From assembly GCA_001823605.1 (NCBI GenBank), contig MHUZ01000034.1:38589-102588 (forward strand): 64,000 bases of DNA. The letters run 5' to 3'. The DNA is from Candidatus Yonathbacteria bacterium RIFOXYD1_FULL_52_36 (lineage in GTDB: Bacteria > Patescibacteriota > Minisyncoccia > Phycocordibacterales > UBA1539_B). This document shows positions 39,337 to 47,842 of the stretch, one piece after another; position 1 is the stretch's first letter, and each line of letters starts with the position of its first letter. Under the pieces are notes generated by a model. That model saw only the letters and a program-made list of their open reading frames with translations. It was not told the origin of the DNA and ran no database searches. The position numbers and the translations under genes are program-made.

Positions 39337-39855
39337 CTAGTAGGAACCGCGAAGCACGATCGTCGTGTAAAAATTCCTTGTCTTGCTTAAGTCCCCACGC
39401 GTGGCCGTGATCGTTGCCTCAACCTTCACCGCTTCGGTGCTGGCATTGGTGAGCTGCCGCACAATAAAAGAATCGATTGTTGTATTCGAACTCATGATGG
39501 ATCCTTGCGCTACACCGTTTTCGCGGATCTTTACCAAGCTATTCTCGACATAAAACTCGACCGTGGTAGCCGAACCACCCGAGTCGGTCGTGTTGAGCGT
39601 GAGGCGTCCCGGATGCGACCCAAGCGTGCTCTGTGCCGTATCCACGCTGTTTGCACTACGCATATCGCGTGACATGCGCTCCAAAAGTGCTGTTGCGGAA
39701 CTGTTGAGATCACGCGAGACGCGCAGATCGGCAAATGCGCGCGTCATCGAGAGCGTTGACTGTATCGCGAGCACCGTAATGACGGTGAGGAGTGCTATGT
39801 ACACGACCAGTTCAACCATGGTGAATCCTTGCAGTGTCCCGGTTGTGCGTTTCAT
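39337..39855 (-). CDS. Type IV minor prepilin (PilW-like)
   Basis: QG|FTMVELVV motif. Confidence 0.85.
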   Translation of the reverse strand: MKRTTGTLQGFTMVELVVYIALLTVITVLAIQSTLSMTRAFADLRVSRDLNSSATALLERMSRDMRSANSVDTAQSTLGSHPGRLTLNTTDSGGSATTVEFYVENSLVKIRENGVAQGSIMSSNTTIDSFIVRQLTNASTEAVKVEATITATRGDLSKTRNFYTTIVLRGSY

Positions 39856-39856
39856 A

Positions 39857-40321
39857 TTAAAAAACATTCGTGAGATAGGTCGAAACAGTTCGCGTCGTGG
39901 TCGCTGTACGGTCCCAGAAGCTTACCGTTACGGTTACCTTGCGCGTGTTTGGATCAACAGTACCGCCCACGGCAACAATATCATCACTCAGATCACGCGA
40001 TACATCATTGAGCGTGATCGAGCGTTCGAACACCCCATCAACAAACCCTGTGTCGGTCGTACTTGTGGCAAACGCAGTCCCGTTAAAAGCGAGGTAGTAC
40101 ACCGTGCCGTCAGCAGGTGCGCCCACGTTCGCCCAGCCGGTATCGCGGAAAAATCGAGCCACCTCGATCCCCTCTTCGAGCAAAAAACTTGCCTGTACGA
40201 TCTGCGCTGTTGTTCGACTCACCTGAAGTGACGACTGGTAGTACGCGGAAATCCCTACGAGCGACGTCGCAAGGATCGCACTTCCCACAATGATCTCAAT
40301 GAGTCCGAATCCACGATGCAT
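39857..40321 (-). CDS. Type IV minor prepilin (PilV-like)
   Basis: RG|FGLIEII motif; A.FL.EEG.E. Confidence 0.85.
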   Translation of the reverse strand: MHRGFGLIEIIVGSAILATSLVGISAYYQSSLQVSRTTAQIVQASFLLEEGIEVARFFRDTGWANVGAPADGTVYYLAFNGTAFATSTTDTGFVDGVFERSITLNDVSRDLSDDIVAVGGTVDPNTRKVTVTVSFWDRTATTTRTVSTYLTNVF

Positions 40322-40355
40322 AAATATGCTTTTAGTATACACCTCCCCAACACTC

Positions 40356-40817
40356 TTACGAAGAACTCGCCACCCCCGTTCCATTCACGGTGATCGTACG
40401 CGTCTTTGCGGTATCGTTCGTGACGCGGATCACGAACGTGCCGTTCTGTGATGTTTTGCCGGTCAACCGATCAAATAGTACATTCTGTCCGCCTCCCGTA
40501 AGCGTGATCGAGGTGATCTCGAGCGCGCCATCAAGCACAACGTCTTGATTATTCGAATCAGAACTTGAATACGTCGCGCCCTGATAGATCACCGCTTTGT
40601 CTGCTTGGAGGTGTACGCCATATTGGAGGCCATCTTTTGAGGAAAGCGTATCTCCGCGCGCCTGCGAGAGTGCAGTAAGCACGTCTTCTACTGCCGTATC
40701 GAGCACCTTGCTGTTGCGAAATGCGGAAAACGAAGAGAGCACGATCGCTGACAACACCGCAAGGACCGCAACGACGATCAGGAGCTCAAGCAACGTAAAA
40801 CCTTTTTTAGTGAACAT
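40356..40817 (-). CDS. Type IV minor prepilin (FimT/GspH-like)
   Basis: KG|FTLLELLIV, L.QAR, terminal I.VNGTG. Confidence 0.87.
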   Translation of the reverse strand: MFTKKGFTLLELLIVVAVLAVLSAIVLSSFSAFRNSKVLDTAVEDVLTALSQARGDTLSSKDGLQYGVHLQADKAVIYQGATYSSSDSNNQDVVLDGALEITSITLTGGGQNVLFDRLTGKTSQNGTFVIRVTNDTAKTRTITVNGTGVASSS

Positions 40818-40823
40818 ATGCTC

Positions 40824-42035
40824 CTAGATATTATTCATGACCGAATACATCGGCGAGATCATCGAGATCGCAAAGAATCCAACGCCACCTCCGATCACGA
40901 GCATGAGGATCGGCTCAATAATGGTTGCCATGTCTTTCGTCGCCGCTTCAACCTCTGCTTCGTAGAATGACGCAACGCGCATGAGCATTTCTGAGAGCTT
41001 GCCGGTCTCCTCACCCACTTCGACCATCTCGCCCACCAGGATCGGGTAGATATTGTCTGCCTCTGCGAACGCCACTGAGAGCGCGGTTCCTTTTTGCACG
41101 CCCTGCGATGCCTTTTCGAGCACCTCTTTGTAGTATGAATTCTGGAGCACATCACGCGTAATGTTGATGGACTCGATAATATCCACGCCGGAAGAAAGGA
41201 GCGAGGAAAGCGTGCGCGCGGTGAGCGCCGAGTTTGCTTCTTTGGCGATCCCCGAGACCACCGGCATGTGGAGCACGAACCACTCAAAACTGCGCCTGCC
41301 TCTCGGCGTACGGAGCGCCATGATAAAACCTGTTACCAACACCACGAATCCCAGCAACACCCAAAGCCCATAATTCTGGAGACTATCGCTTATAAAAATG
41401 ATTGCCTTGGTCGAAGCAGGAAGATCACCACCGATCTCCTTGAATGTCCCAATGAGCGTGGGCACCACATAAATGAACATGAGGACCGCAATGATGAGCA
41501 TTGCCGAGATGACCACCGAAGGATAGATCATCGCGCCCTTGATCTTCTTGCGTAGGTTGTAGCTTTTTTCAAGCTGGTTGCCGATCACCGTAAGCGCCTG
41601 TGAAAGGTTGCCTGACTCTTCTCCTGCGCGCACCATGGAAACAAAGAGCGTCGAGAACACCTTTTCGTGCTTGCCCATCGCGTCGGAGAGACTGTTACCT
41701 TTGCTGATCTCTTCGTTTAGGTCGTGGAGGATGCCCTTGAACTTTATGTTCTGGGTTTGCTTCTCAAGGACCGAGAGTCCGCGCGAAAGTGAAAGCCCTG
41801 CATCGATCATCGCCGAAAGATTTTTGGCGAACACGATACGGTCCTGCATCTTGATACGCGTGAGGTACTTGCTCACGTCAATATTCATACCCTTCTTCTC
41901 GACCTCATCGATCGCGATCACCTCTTTGCCTTGTGCTTTGAGCTCTTTGGCGAGCGCGAACTTGTCCGCCGCGTCAGAATCCCCCTCAGTGATTGCGCCG
42001 GAACTTTCTCGTACTTTGTAATGGAATGTAGACAT
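40824..42035 (-). CDS. pilC: Type IV pilus platform protein (PilC/GspF)
   Basis: AGEESGNL, AMIYP, GEETGKL, IEP. Confidence 0.93.
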   Translation of the reverse strand: MSTFHYKVRESSGAITEGDSDAADKFALAKELKAQGKEVIAIDEVEKKGMNIDVSKYLTRIKMQDRIVFAKNLSAMIDAGLSLSRGLSVLEKQTQNIKFKGILHDLNEEISKGNSLSDAMGKHEKVFSTLFVSMVRAGEESGNLSQALTVIGNQLEKSYNLRKKIKGAMIYPSVVISAMLIIAVLMFIYVVPTLIGTFKEIGGDLPASTKAIIFISDSLQNYGLWVLLGFVVLVTGFIMALRTPRGRRSFEWFVLHMPVVSGIAKEANSALTARTLSSLLSSGVDIIESINITRDVLQNSYYKEVLEKASQGVQKGTALSVAFAEADNIYPILVGEMVEVGEETGKLSEMLMRVASFYEAEVEAATKDMATIIEPILMLVIGGGVGFFAISMISPMYSVMNNI

Positions 42036-42039
42036 GGGA

Positions 42040-43794
42040 TTATTCGGACACCACGCGGAAGATCTCTTCGATGCTCGTGAGCCCCTTCGCGGCTTTATAG
42101 ATACCGTCTTCGATCATCGTGATCATCTCTTCTTTCTTTGCCTGCGTTTCGATCTCGGCGGCCGTGGATCCCTTGATCACCAGCTCTTTGATCGTGGGCG
42201 ACATTTTCAAAATCTCGTGGATCCCGATGCGTCCCTTGTAGCCATCTTCACACTCATCTGATTTTTTCGCACGATAGAACGGAATGTCACCCCAATCCTG
42301 ATCATCCTTGATGATCTTCTCTTCTTTGAGCACGCCGAGCACGCGATCAAGGTCAATGATCTTGCTGAGACGTGCGATCTCATCATCGTTAAGCAAATAG
42401 CGTTCTTTGCCCGCGTCACACAAACGGCGCACGAGGCGCTGTGCAATGATCACGTTGACCGTCGAAACAATAAGGAACGGCTCAACACCCATGTCGATCA
42501 TGCGCGGGATCGCACCCGCAGCAGAGTTGGTGTGGAGTGTCGAGAGCACCAGGTGTCCCGTGAGTGACGCGTTGATTGCGAGCGATGCCGTTTCTTGGTC
42601 ACGCACCTCTCCCACCATGATGATGTCCGGGTCTTGACGCATGAGCGTACGGAGGCCGTTCGCAAAGGTGAGGCCGATCTCCGATTTCACCTGCGTCTGA
42701 TTCACGCGCGCCATTTGGTATTCGATCGGATCCTCGATCGTCGAGATGTTCACCTCGGGCGTATTCAAAATATCGAGCATTGTATAGAGCGTCGTGGTCT
42801 TTCCTGATCCCGTCGGTCCTGTGGTGAGGAGGAGTCCCACCTTTTGCTTCATGGCATCATGGATGCGCTCAAGTCCTAGGCCGTGAAAACCAAGGCCTTC
42901 GAGCGTAAATCCTGACGATGAGTCCCTCAAAAGACGCATGACGGTCTTTTCACCAAAGTATGTCGGGAGTGTCGAGACGCGGAACGATACTTTCTGATCG
43001 GCGGTCTCGATCTTGAAGCGTCCGTCCTGAGGAAGACGCTTTTCATCGAGCTTCAAGTTCGAAAGCACCTTCAAGCGTGCCGTAATGCCCGGAGCCACAT
43101 CTTTGGGGAGCACCATCGCGTCATGGAGAATGCCGTCAATGCGATACCGAATGACCATTTGTCCTTCCATCGGCTCGATATGAATATCTGACGCTCCCTG
43201 CAGAATGGCGTGGTTGAGCAGCGTATCCACGATCTTCACGATCGGCAGATCTTCAGCAAGCTCTTTCAGGTCTTTTTCTGACTTCTCGCCCCCTTCTTCA
43301 TCCGAAAGCGATTTTACCGATACGGCTTCTTTCTGAATGATGTCACCGAATTCTGACTTGAGGTCTTTTTGGTATTGGACGAGCGCCCCTTTGAGCGAAT
43401 CCTGATCGGTGAGACGGGGGAGAATCTTGAGTCCCACCTTTTTCTTGACGAATTCGATGGCCGTCAGGTTGTCGGTGTCGAGCATCGCCACCTCGAGCGC
43501 CGTGGTGGTCTTTTTGAACGCCACAATGTTGTGTTTGCGGGCGATCGGCTCCGGGATCATCGAAAGCACTTCAAAATCGATCTTCTGACCTTTGAGTGAG
43601 ACGAAGGGGATGCCGAGAATGTACGCTTCTGTTCGGCGCAGATCGTCTTCAGTGACTTTGCCATCGCTTACCAAAATTTCACCGAGGTAGCGCCGTTTGT
43701 CGTGCGCCTTCTTGAGGGCAGCATCAAGGTCAGACGAGGGAATAAGTCCCGCATCGAGGAGAAACTCACCAAGTTGTTCGTCGCGAACGTTCAT
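42040..43794 (-). CDS. pilB: Type IV pilus assembly ATPase (PilB/GspE)
   Basis: ASDIHIEP, PQDGR, GPTGSGKTT, RQDPD..MVGEVRD, TGHLVLSTLHTN. Confidence 0.95.
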   Translation of the reverse strand: MNVRDEQLGEFLLDAGLIPSSDLDAALKKAHDKRRYLGEILVSDGKVTEDDLRRTEAYILGIPFVSLKGQKIDFEVLSMIPEPIARKHNIVAFKKTTTALEVAMLDTDNLTAIEFVKKKVGLKILPRLTDQDSLKGALVQYQKDLKSEFGDIIQKEAVSVKSLSDEEGGEKSEKDLKELAEDLPIVKIVDTLLNHAILQGASDIHIEPMEGQMVIRYRIDGILHDAMVLPKDVAPGITARLKVLSNLKLDEKRLPQDGRFKIETADQKVSFRVSTLPTYFGEKTVMRLLRDSSSGFTLEGLGFHGLGLERIHDAMKQKVGLLLTTGPTGSGKTTTLYTMLDILNTPEVNISTIEDPIEYQMARVNQTQVKSEIGLTFANGLRTLMRQDPDIIMVGEVRDQETASLAINASLTGHLVLSTLHTNSAAGAIPRMIDMGVEPFLIVSTVNVIIAQRLVRRLCDAGKERYLLNDDEIARLSKIIDLDRVLGVLKEEKIIKDDQDWGDIPFYRAKKSDECEDGYKGRIGIHEILKMSPTIKELVIKGSTAAEIETQAKKEEMITMIEDGIYKAAKGLTSIEEIFRVVSE

Positions 43795-43914
43795 GGGTGC
43801 TTTGGTCAAAGTATACCACGACAATTCGCGCAACGCTGGGGATTAGTATGATTTTCCGATCATGCAAAAATCCCAGAAGATCATTCTGGGGAGGTCCTGG
43901 CTTCTCCAGGGAGA

Positions 43915-44112
43915 TTACTTTGTTCTTCCGTACCGTTTCTCTAGCTCTCCGGAAGCGAGTTCTTTTCCCGACCAGCGTCCAAACCGCGCACCGCATGCCT
44001 GACACGAGATTTCACTTGCCCCATCGTATCGCTCAGGGCTTCCTGGAGCATGCTCAACAAAGACCACGTTCGTGCTGTCACATTTCTTGCATTTTTCTTT
44101 TCCGTTTTCCAT
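43915..44112 (-). CDS. Small Zn-ribbon protein
   Basis: CKKC...CQAC, YDG.SE, GRWSG. Confidence 0.65.
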   Translation of the reverse strand: MENGKEKCKKCDSTNVVFVEHAPGSPERYDGASEISCQACGARFGRWSGKELASGELEKRYGRTK

Positions 44113-44125
44113 AAAATATTTGGTC

Positions 44126-45325
44126 TTAATTTTTCTTATTTAAGGACGATGGAACAAAACCGTTTTTCTCCAGGACATAAAATATACCCCGTAGTAAATA
44201 ATTATTGATAAAACCAATCGTGTACACCCTGCTCTTCCCGGGCACAGGACGAAGCATTTCCTTATCTTTAAGTCGCTTGAGAATGCGCGAGCGCTGAACG
44301 GGTGATTCTTTTCCGATGATCACATCGAGGTCTGATGATTTGACGCTCATTGATTTGCTTTTAACCAAAGCGGTTAAAATGCTGAACTCACGTTCAGTAA
44401 TAAGTTTTCGTTCAAGCGCATACGACAAAGACGGTATCAGAATTGTCTCGGTTATATACTTCAGATCAAGCAAGCGATCAATTTTTTCGATCTCCTCTCT
44501 CAGTCCCTCAAGAACGTACGCACACCACCGTAACACCTGTTCTTGCTCACCAGTATCCGCAAGTGCCAAGTTTGCATAGTATTCATTTCGATCCATGCAA
44601 AAGATCGCTGTCGGGTTGAGAATTCTTCCGTTATGGACCTTGAAGCCCTGCTTAATGAGCAGTGCGTAGGTAAACATACGAATTAAACGTCCGTTGCCGT
44701 TATCAAACGGGTGAATCCACGCCATACGATGATGAGAGAGTGCCGTGACCAAGAGGTCGTTCTGGGGACTAGTGTCTGCGTTCACAAAAGCAATAAGCTC
44801 CTCAAAGTAATCCGGCACTTTCACCATATCGGGTGGGATATGTGATGAACCTTGAATTCCGACATTGATCGGTCGCAGACCACCTGGGTAACGAGACCCT
44901 TCTCCGGATGGCGGTGGAGTAAGACCATCCACAATGATCTTGTGCAATTCTGAAATGTGGGCACGCGTGATTATTCCACCCTCCGTAATGGTCTCTTCAA
45001 TGAATTTAATTGCTCGCTCAATGTTAAAAATCTCTCGAATGGATTCCTCTTTGGTATCTTTCGGAACCTGGTCAATGATCTTTTCGACGAATTCTGCAAG
45101 AGTTGTATGATTCCCTTCAATACGCGCAGATCCGAGGCTCTCCATCAGCTGAAAAATATCTTTCAGCTGAAAGAAAATGTACGGCGGCACTGGTCCGCCA
45201 AGCTTTTTTACGCGCAACTTTTCAAGCTCGACAATGGTGCTGGCGAGCTCCGACCCCCACGCCGGTTCGTATATTTTTAGAGGGATTTCTTTGAATTCCC
45301 CTTTATTTACATCTTTAGATTCCAT
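44126..45325 (-). CDS. Fic domain protein with probable C-terminal HTH
   Basis: SARIEGN and HPFDNGNGR motifs. Confidence 0.92.
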   Translation of the reverse strand: MESKDVNKGEFKEIPLKIYEPAWGSELASTIVELEKLRVKKLGGPVPPYIFFQLKDIFQLMESLGSARIEGNHTTLAEFVEKIIDQVPKDTKEESIREIFNIERAIKFIEETITEGGIITRAHISELHKIIVDGLTPPPSGEGSRYPGGLRPINVGIQGSSHIPPDMVKVPDYFEELIAFVNADTSPQNDLLVTALSHHRMAWIHPFDNGNGRLIRMFTYALLIKQGFKVHNGRILNPTAIFCMDRNEYYANLALADTGEQEQVLRWCAYVLEGLREEIEKIDRLLDLKYITETILIPSLSYALERKLITEREFSILTALVKSKSMSVKSSDLDVIIGKESPVQRSRILKRLKDKEMLRPVPGKSRVYTIGFINNYLLRGIFYVLEKNGFVPSSLNKKN

Positions 45326-45436
45326 TAATTAACATTTTAAGATAAATTATCTAGTAAATCAAGTGTTTAACAAGATATCTGCTGTACGGTAATTTAACAT
45401 TCTTACATTAACGAAATTAACAGTGGCTCAAAAACA

Positions 45437-45474
45437 AACGGCTCAGCGTAGCTGAGCCGTTTGTTGAGCCGTTT
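45437..45474. repeat. AAACGGCTCA palindrome, copy 4, plus inner half-site
   Basis: AACGGCTCAGCGTAGCTGAGCCGTTT-GT-TGAGCCGTTT. Confidence 0.9.
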
Positions 45475-45497
45475 AATCCATTGCAAATACTGGCTTT

Positions 45498-45956
45498 TTA
45501 CCGGATCGTATAAAACACGTCCTTGCCGGTGGTGCCGTGCTGGCGGATATGTCCTTCTTGTTCAAGCTCGTGGAGATACCGCTCCGCGCTCGCGTCAGAG
45601 ACGCCGAGCAGAGCTTCTACATCGTTATTTTGCACTTGACCGCGCTCGGTGATGAGCGCTAAGACCCGCGCCTTGCGCGCTTCTTTCTCGGCATTCGGTT
45701 CTTTTGCATACACCACTGTCTTGGGTGCGCTTCCCTCCCCATCCTCGATCACGTATGCCGGAAGCTTGCCGCTTGCCATGAGCCAGACCACAGAACCGGA
45801 GCCCACGAACACGAGTGTGAAGAACAGATACTCTGCCGTGCCCATCTCAGGTGCTCCGGCAAAGAATTGCTTGTACGTAACAAAAAGCCAAATAGCGACG
45901 AACAACGGCGGCACGAACCGCTTCTGCCACGCCGGCAAATATACGTTCTTTTTCAT
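45498..45956 (-). CDS. 2-TM protein with C-terminal winged HTH
   Basis: Two hydrophobic helices; NNDVEALLGVSDASAERYL.ELE..G. Confidence 0.75.
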   Translation of the reverse strand: MKKNVYLPAWQKRFVPPLFVAIWLFVTYKQFFAGAPEMGTAEYLFFTLVFVGSGSVVWLMASGKLPAYVIEDGEGSAPKTVVYAKEPNAEKEARKARVLALITERGQVQNNDVEALLGVSDASAERYLHELEQEGHIRQHGTTGKDVFYTIR

Positions 45957-46100
45957 GTGATTATTGTACCGCAAAACTCCCCAGTAAATCCACAGGCTGT
46001 CCCCAAAAATCACGTCAGGGCATGATTTTGCAGCCCACGGGCTTGATATAATTTAGTTACTGGGATTAGTCGAGCCAGTACAATAAGGAACGAATAGCGT

Positions 46101-46280
46101 ATGGCAAAATATTACCTGAAGAAGGACGTGCGAGGCCAATACTACTGGATTCTCAATTCCAAGAATGGGGAAACAGTTTGCATGAGTAGTGAATCCTACC
46201 TATCCAAGGAGGGAGCAGAAAAATCCCTTAAATGGAACCAGGCAAACGGAAAAACTACTTCTGTTATCGATCTTGCATGA
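46101..46280 (+). CDS. YegP/DUF1508 family protein (59 aa)
   Basis: Below the ORF-track cutoff: MAKYYLKKDVRGQYYWILNSKNGETVCMSSESYLSKEGAEKSL...; G.yyW.L...NGE....SE.Y signature. Confidence 0.8.
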   Translation: MAKYYLKKDVRGQYYWILNSKNGETVCMSSESYLSKEGAEKSLKWNQANGKTTSVIDLA

Positions 46281-46415
46281 CACAAGAGGTTAATTGAGCA
46301 AACGTGCCGGGCTATAGAGATCCCGCGGAGAAGGAGAATTGATTGTGTCACGGCTACTCACCTACGGAGCTAGAAAAGCACACCTCGTTCATGGTAAAAC
46401 CCACGAAAGTGGGTT

Positions 46416-46970
46416 TTACCATTTTAAGTATTGTTTTGCCTCAACTAAGACCGCATTGCGCACTGCCTTACAGAGATTTAGTAATTTTGTTTGCTCGAGA
46501 ATCATAAAATCATTCTTTTTAGGCGTAAGTACTCCGTACCTCAAAGACTCGACTGGGTAAACCCTGATAATCTCGTTACTTAAATAAAAATCAAAGTAGT
46601 GGTGATTGAATGTTTTCCCGTTACTCTTTTGTTTAGAAAGTTTCACTTTCTTTACCCCTGCGGTTAACATAAAATCTTCACCGACCCCTTGATAATGATA
46701 TATATGATCTAACTCGTGACCAAAAGCTGACGCTCTTTTATTTATTTCCTCAATATCAAGGTTATCGTATTTCTCCCAACGCAAACACATAAACGATTTG
46801 GCATACAACTCAAGAGCATTAGAAGCAAGGAATAAGTAGGCTCCTCCAGCATCCGAAACATCATTTTTTGTCTTTTCCATCAGCGAAACACATTCGGACG
46901 CAAATTTAAAAGTTAGGTAGCGAGCTAAAAATAATTCTGCAATCTTTTTTGCATCGTTATTATTTTTCAT
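46416..46970 (-). CDS. HEPN-like domain protein
   Basis: ALELYAKS...GHEL..IY...LRY pattern; AT-rich. Confidence 0.5.
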   Translation of the reverse strand: MKNNNDAKKIAELFLARYLTFKFASECVSLMEKTKNDVSDAGGAYLFLASNALELYAKSFMCLRWEKYDNLDIEEINKRASAFGHELDHIYHYQGVGEDFMLTAGVKKVKLSKQKSNGKTFNHHYFDFYLSNEIIRVYPVESLRYGVLTPKKNDFMILEQTKLLNLCKAVRNAVLVEAKQYLKW

Positions 46971-47052
46971 GATTTTAAAATAAATTAAAATTATCTATTT
47001 GTATGTTTTTATACAACTCAAATAAAAATTCAATGCGGGATTCTTTGGTGGG

Positions 47053-47829
47053 CTATCTCCATCCACGCCCCCTTTTTACTATTTTTTCGTGTGTCTGCTT
47101 CTTGGGGCATGCCGTTAGGCTTGTTTCAAATTGCTCATTGCACACCGAGCATATACACATGCCTTCCTTTCCTAAAAGCGGAGCTCCATTAATCTCATAC
47201 AGCAGGATCAAAAAATCCCTCAAGGTCACGCTCGCCCACTCACAAAAATTTTTAGTTAATTGAACTTTATACGATCTGCGCCCTTTCCATTTATACTTAT
47301 ATATGCGAACCGCGCCTTTGCGATTTTTACTTAAACGTTTAAAGGCAGCAAATGATTTTTCATCCTTCCCTACAAAATCATAGCCATCATTATGTGCAAA
47401 AAAATTCCTTATTTTATTTAAATCAGTAACCTTTTCCAATTCCTGCGGAATAACCCCATTGCATACACTCTCCAAATACTTAAAAGATCGCCAAGTTCCA
47501 TTCCCATCAAGATCTCGCACCTTAATGTTATGTACCTGCTCTTCCATTACGCACAGATTGGCAAGATATCTTTCAAAATCACTGTAGAGCACAAGGAGGT
47601 ACGCGCCATACCAGTGATTTAAATTTGCAAAATTAGCCCAATGCTGATCTGCTTCTCGTTCCAGCAACAACCTCCTGCTTTTTGAGATACTGCCATAATG
47701 TTCTGTAAAAATGCTCAAGTACTCTGACTTACGATGATTTATATTCTCGTCGATGAGATTAAGCAGATCGAAATGCTTTGAAAGAAAGTCTTCTTCAATC
47801 CACTTTACTTCGCTTTGATCCAAAAACAT
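47053..47829 (-). CDS. HEPN-like putative RNase with C-terminal Cys motif
   Basis: YSDFE..L..LC and RNFFAH (R-x4-H) followed by NDG; CSVC..CPK tail; AT-rich. Confidence 0.6.
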   Translation of the reverse strand: MFLDQSEVKWIEEDFLSKHFDLLNLIDENINHRKSEYLSIFTEHYGSISKSRRLLLEREADQHWANFANLNHWYGAYLLVLYSDFERYLANLCVMEEQVHNIKVRDLDGNGTWRSFKYLESVCNGVIPQELEKVTDLNKIRNFFAHNDGYDFVGKDEKSFAAFKRLSKNRKGAVRIYKYKWKGRRSYKVQLTKNFCEWASVTLRDFLILLYEINGAPLLGKEGMCICSVCNEQFETSLTACPKKQTHEKIVKRGRGWR

Positions 47830-47842
47830 ACAAGGGGTAAAG

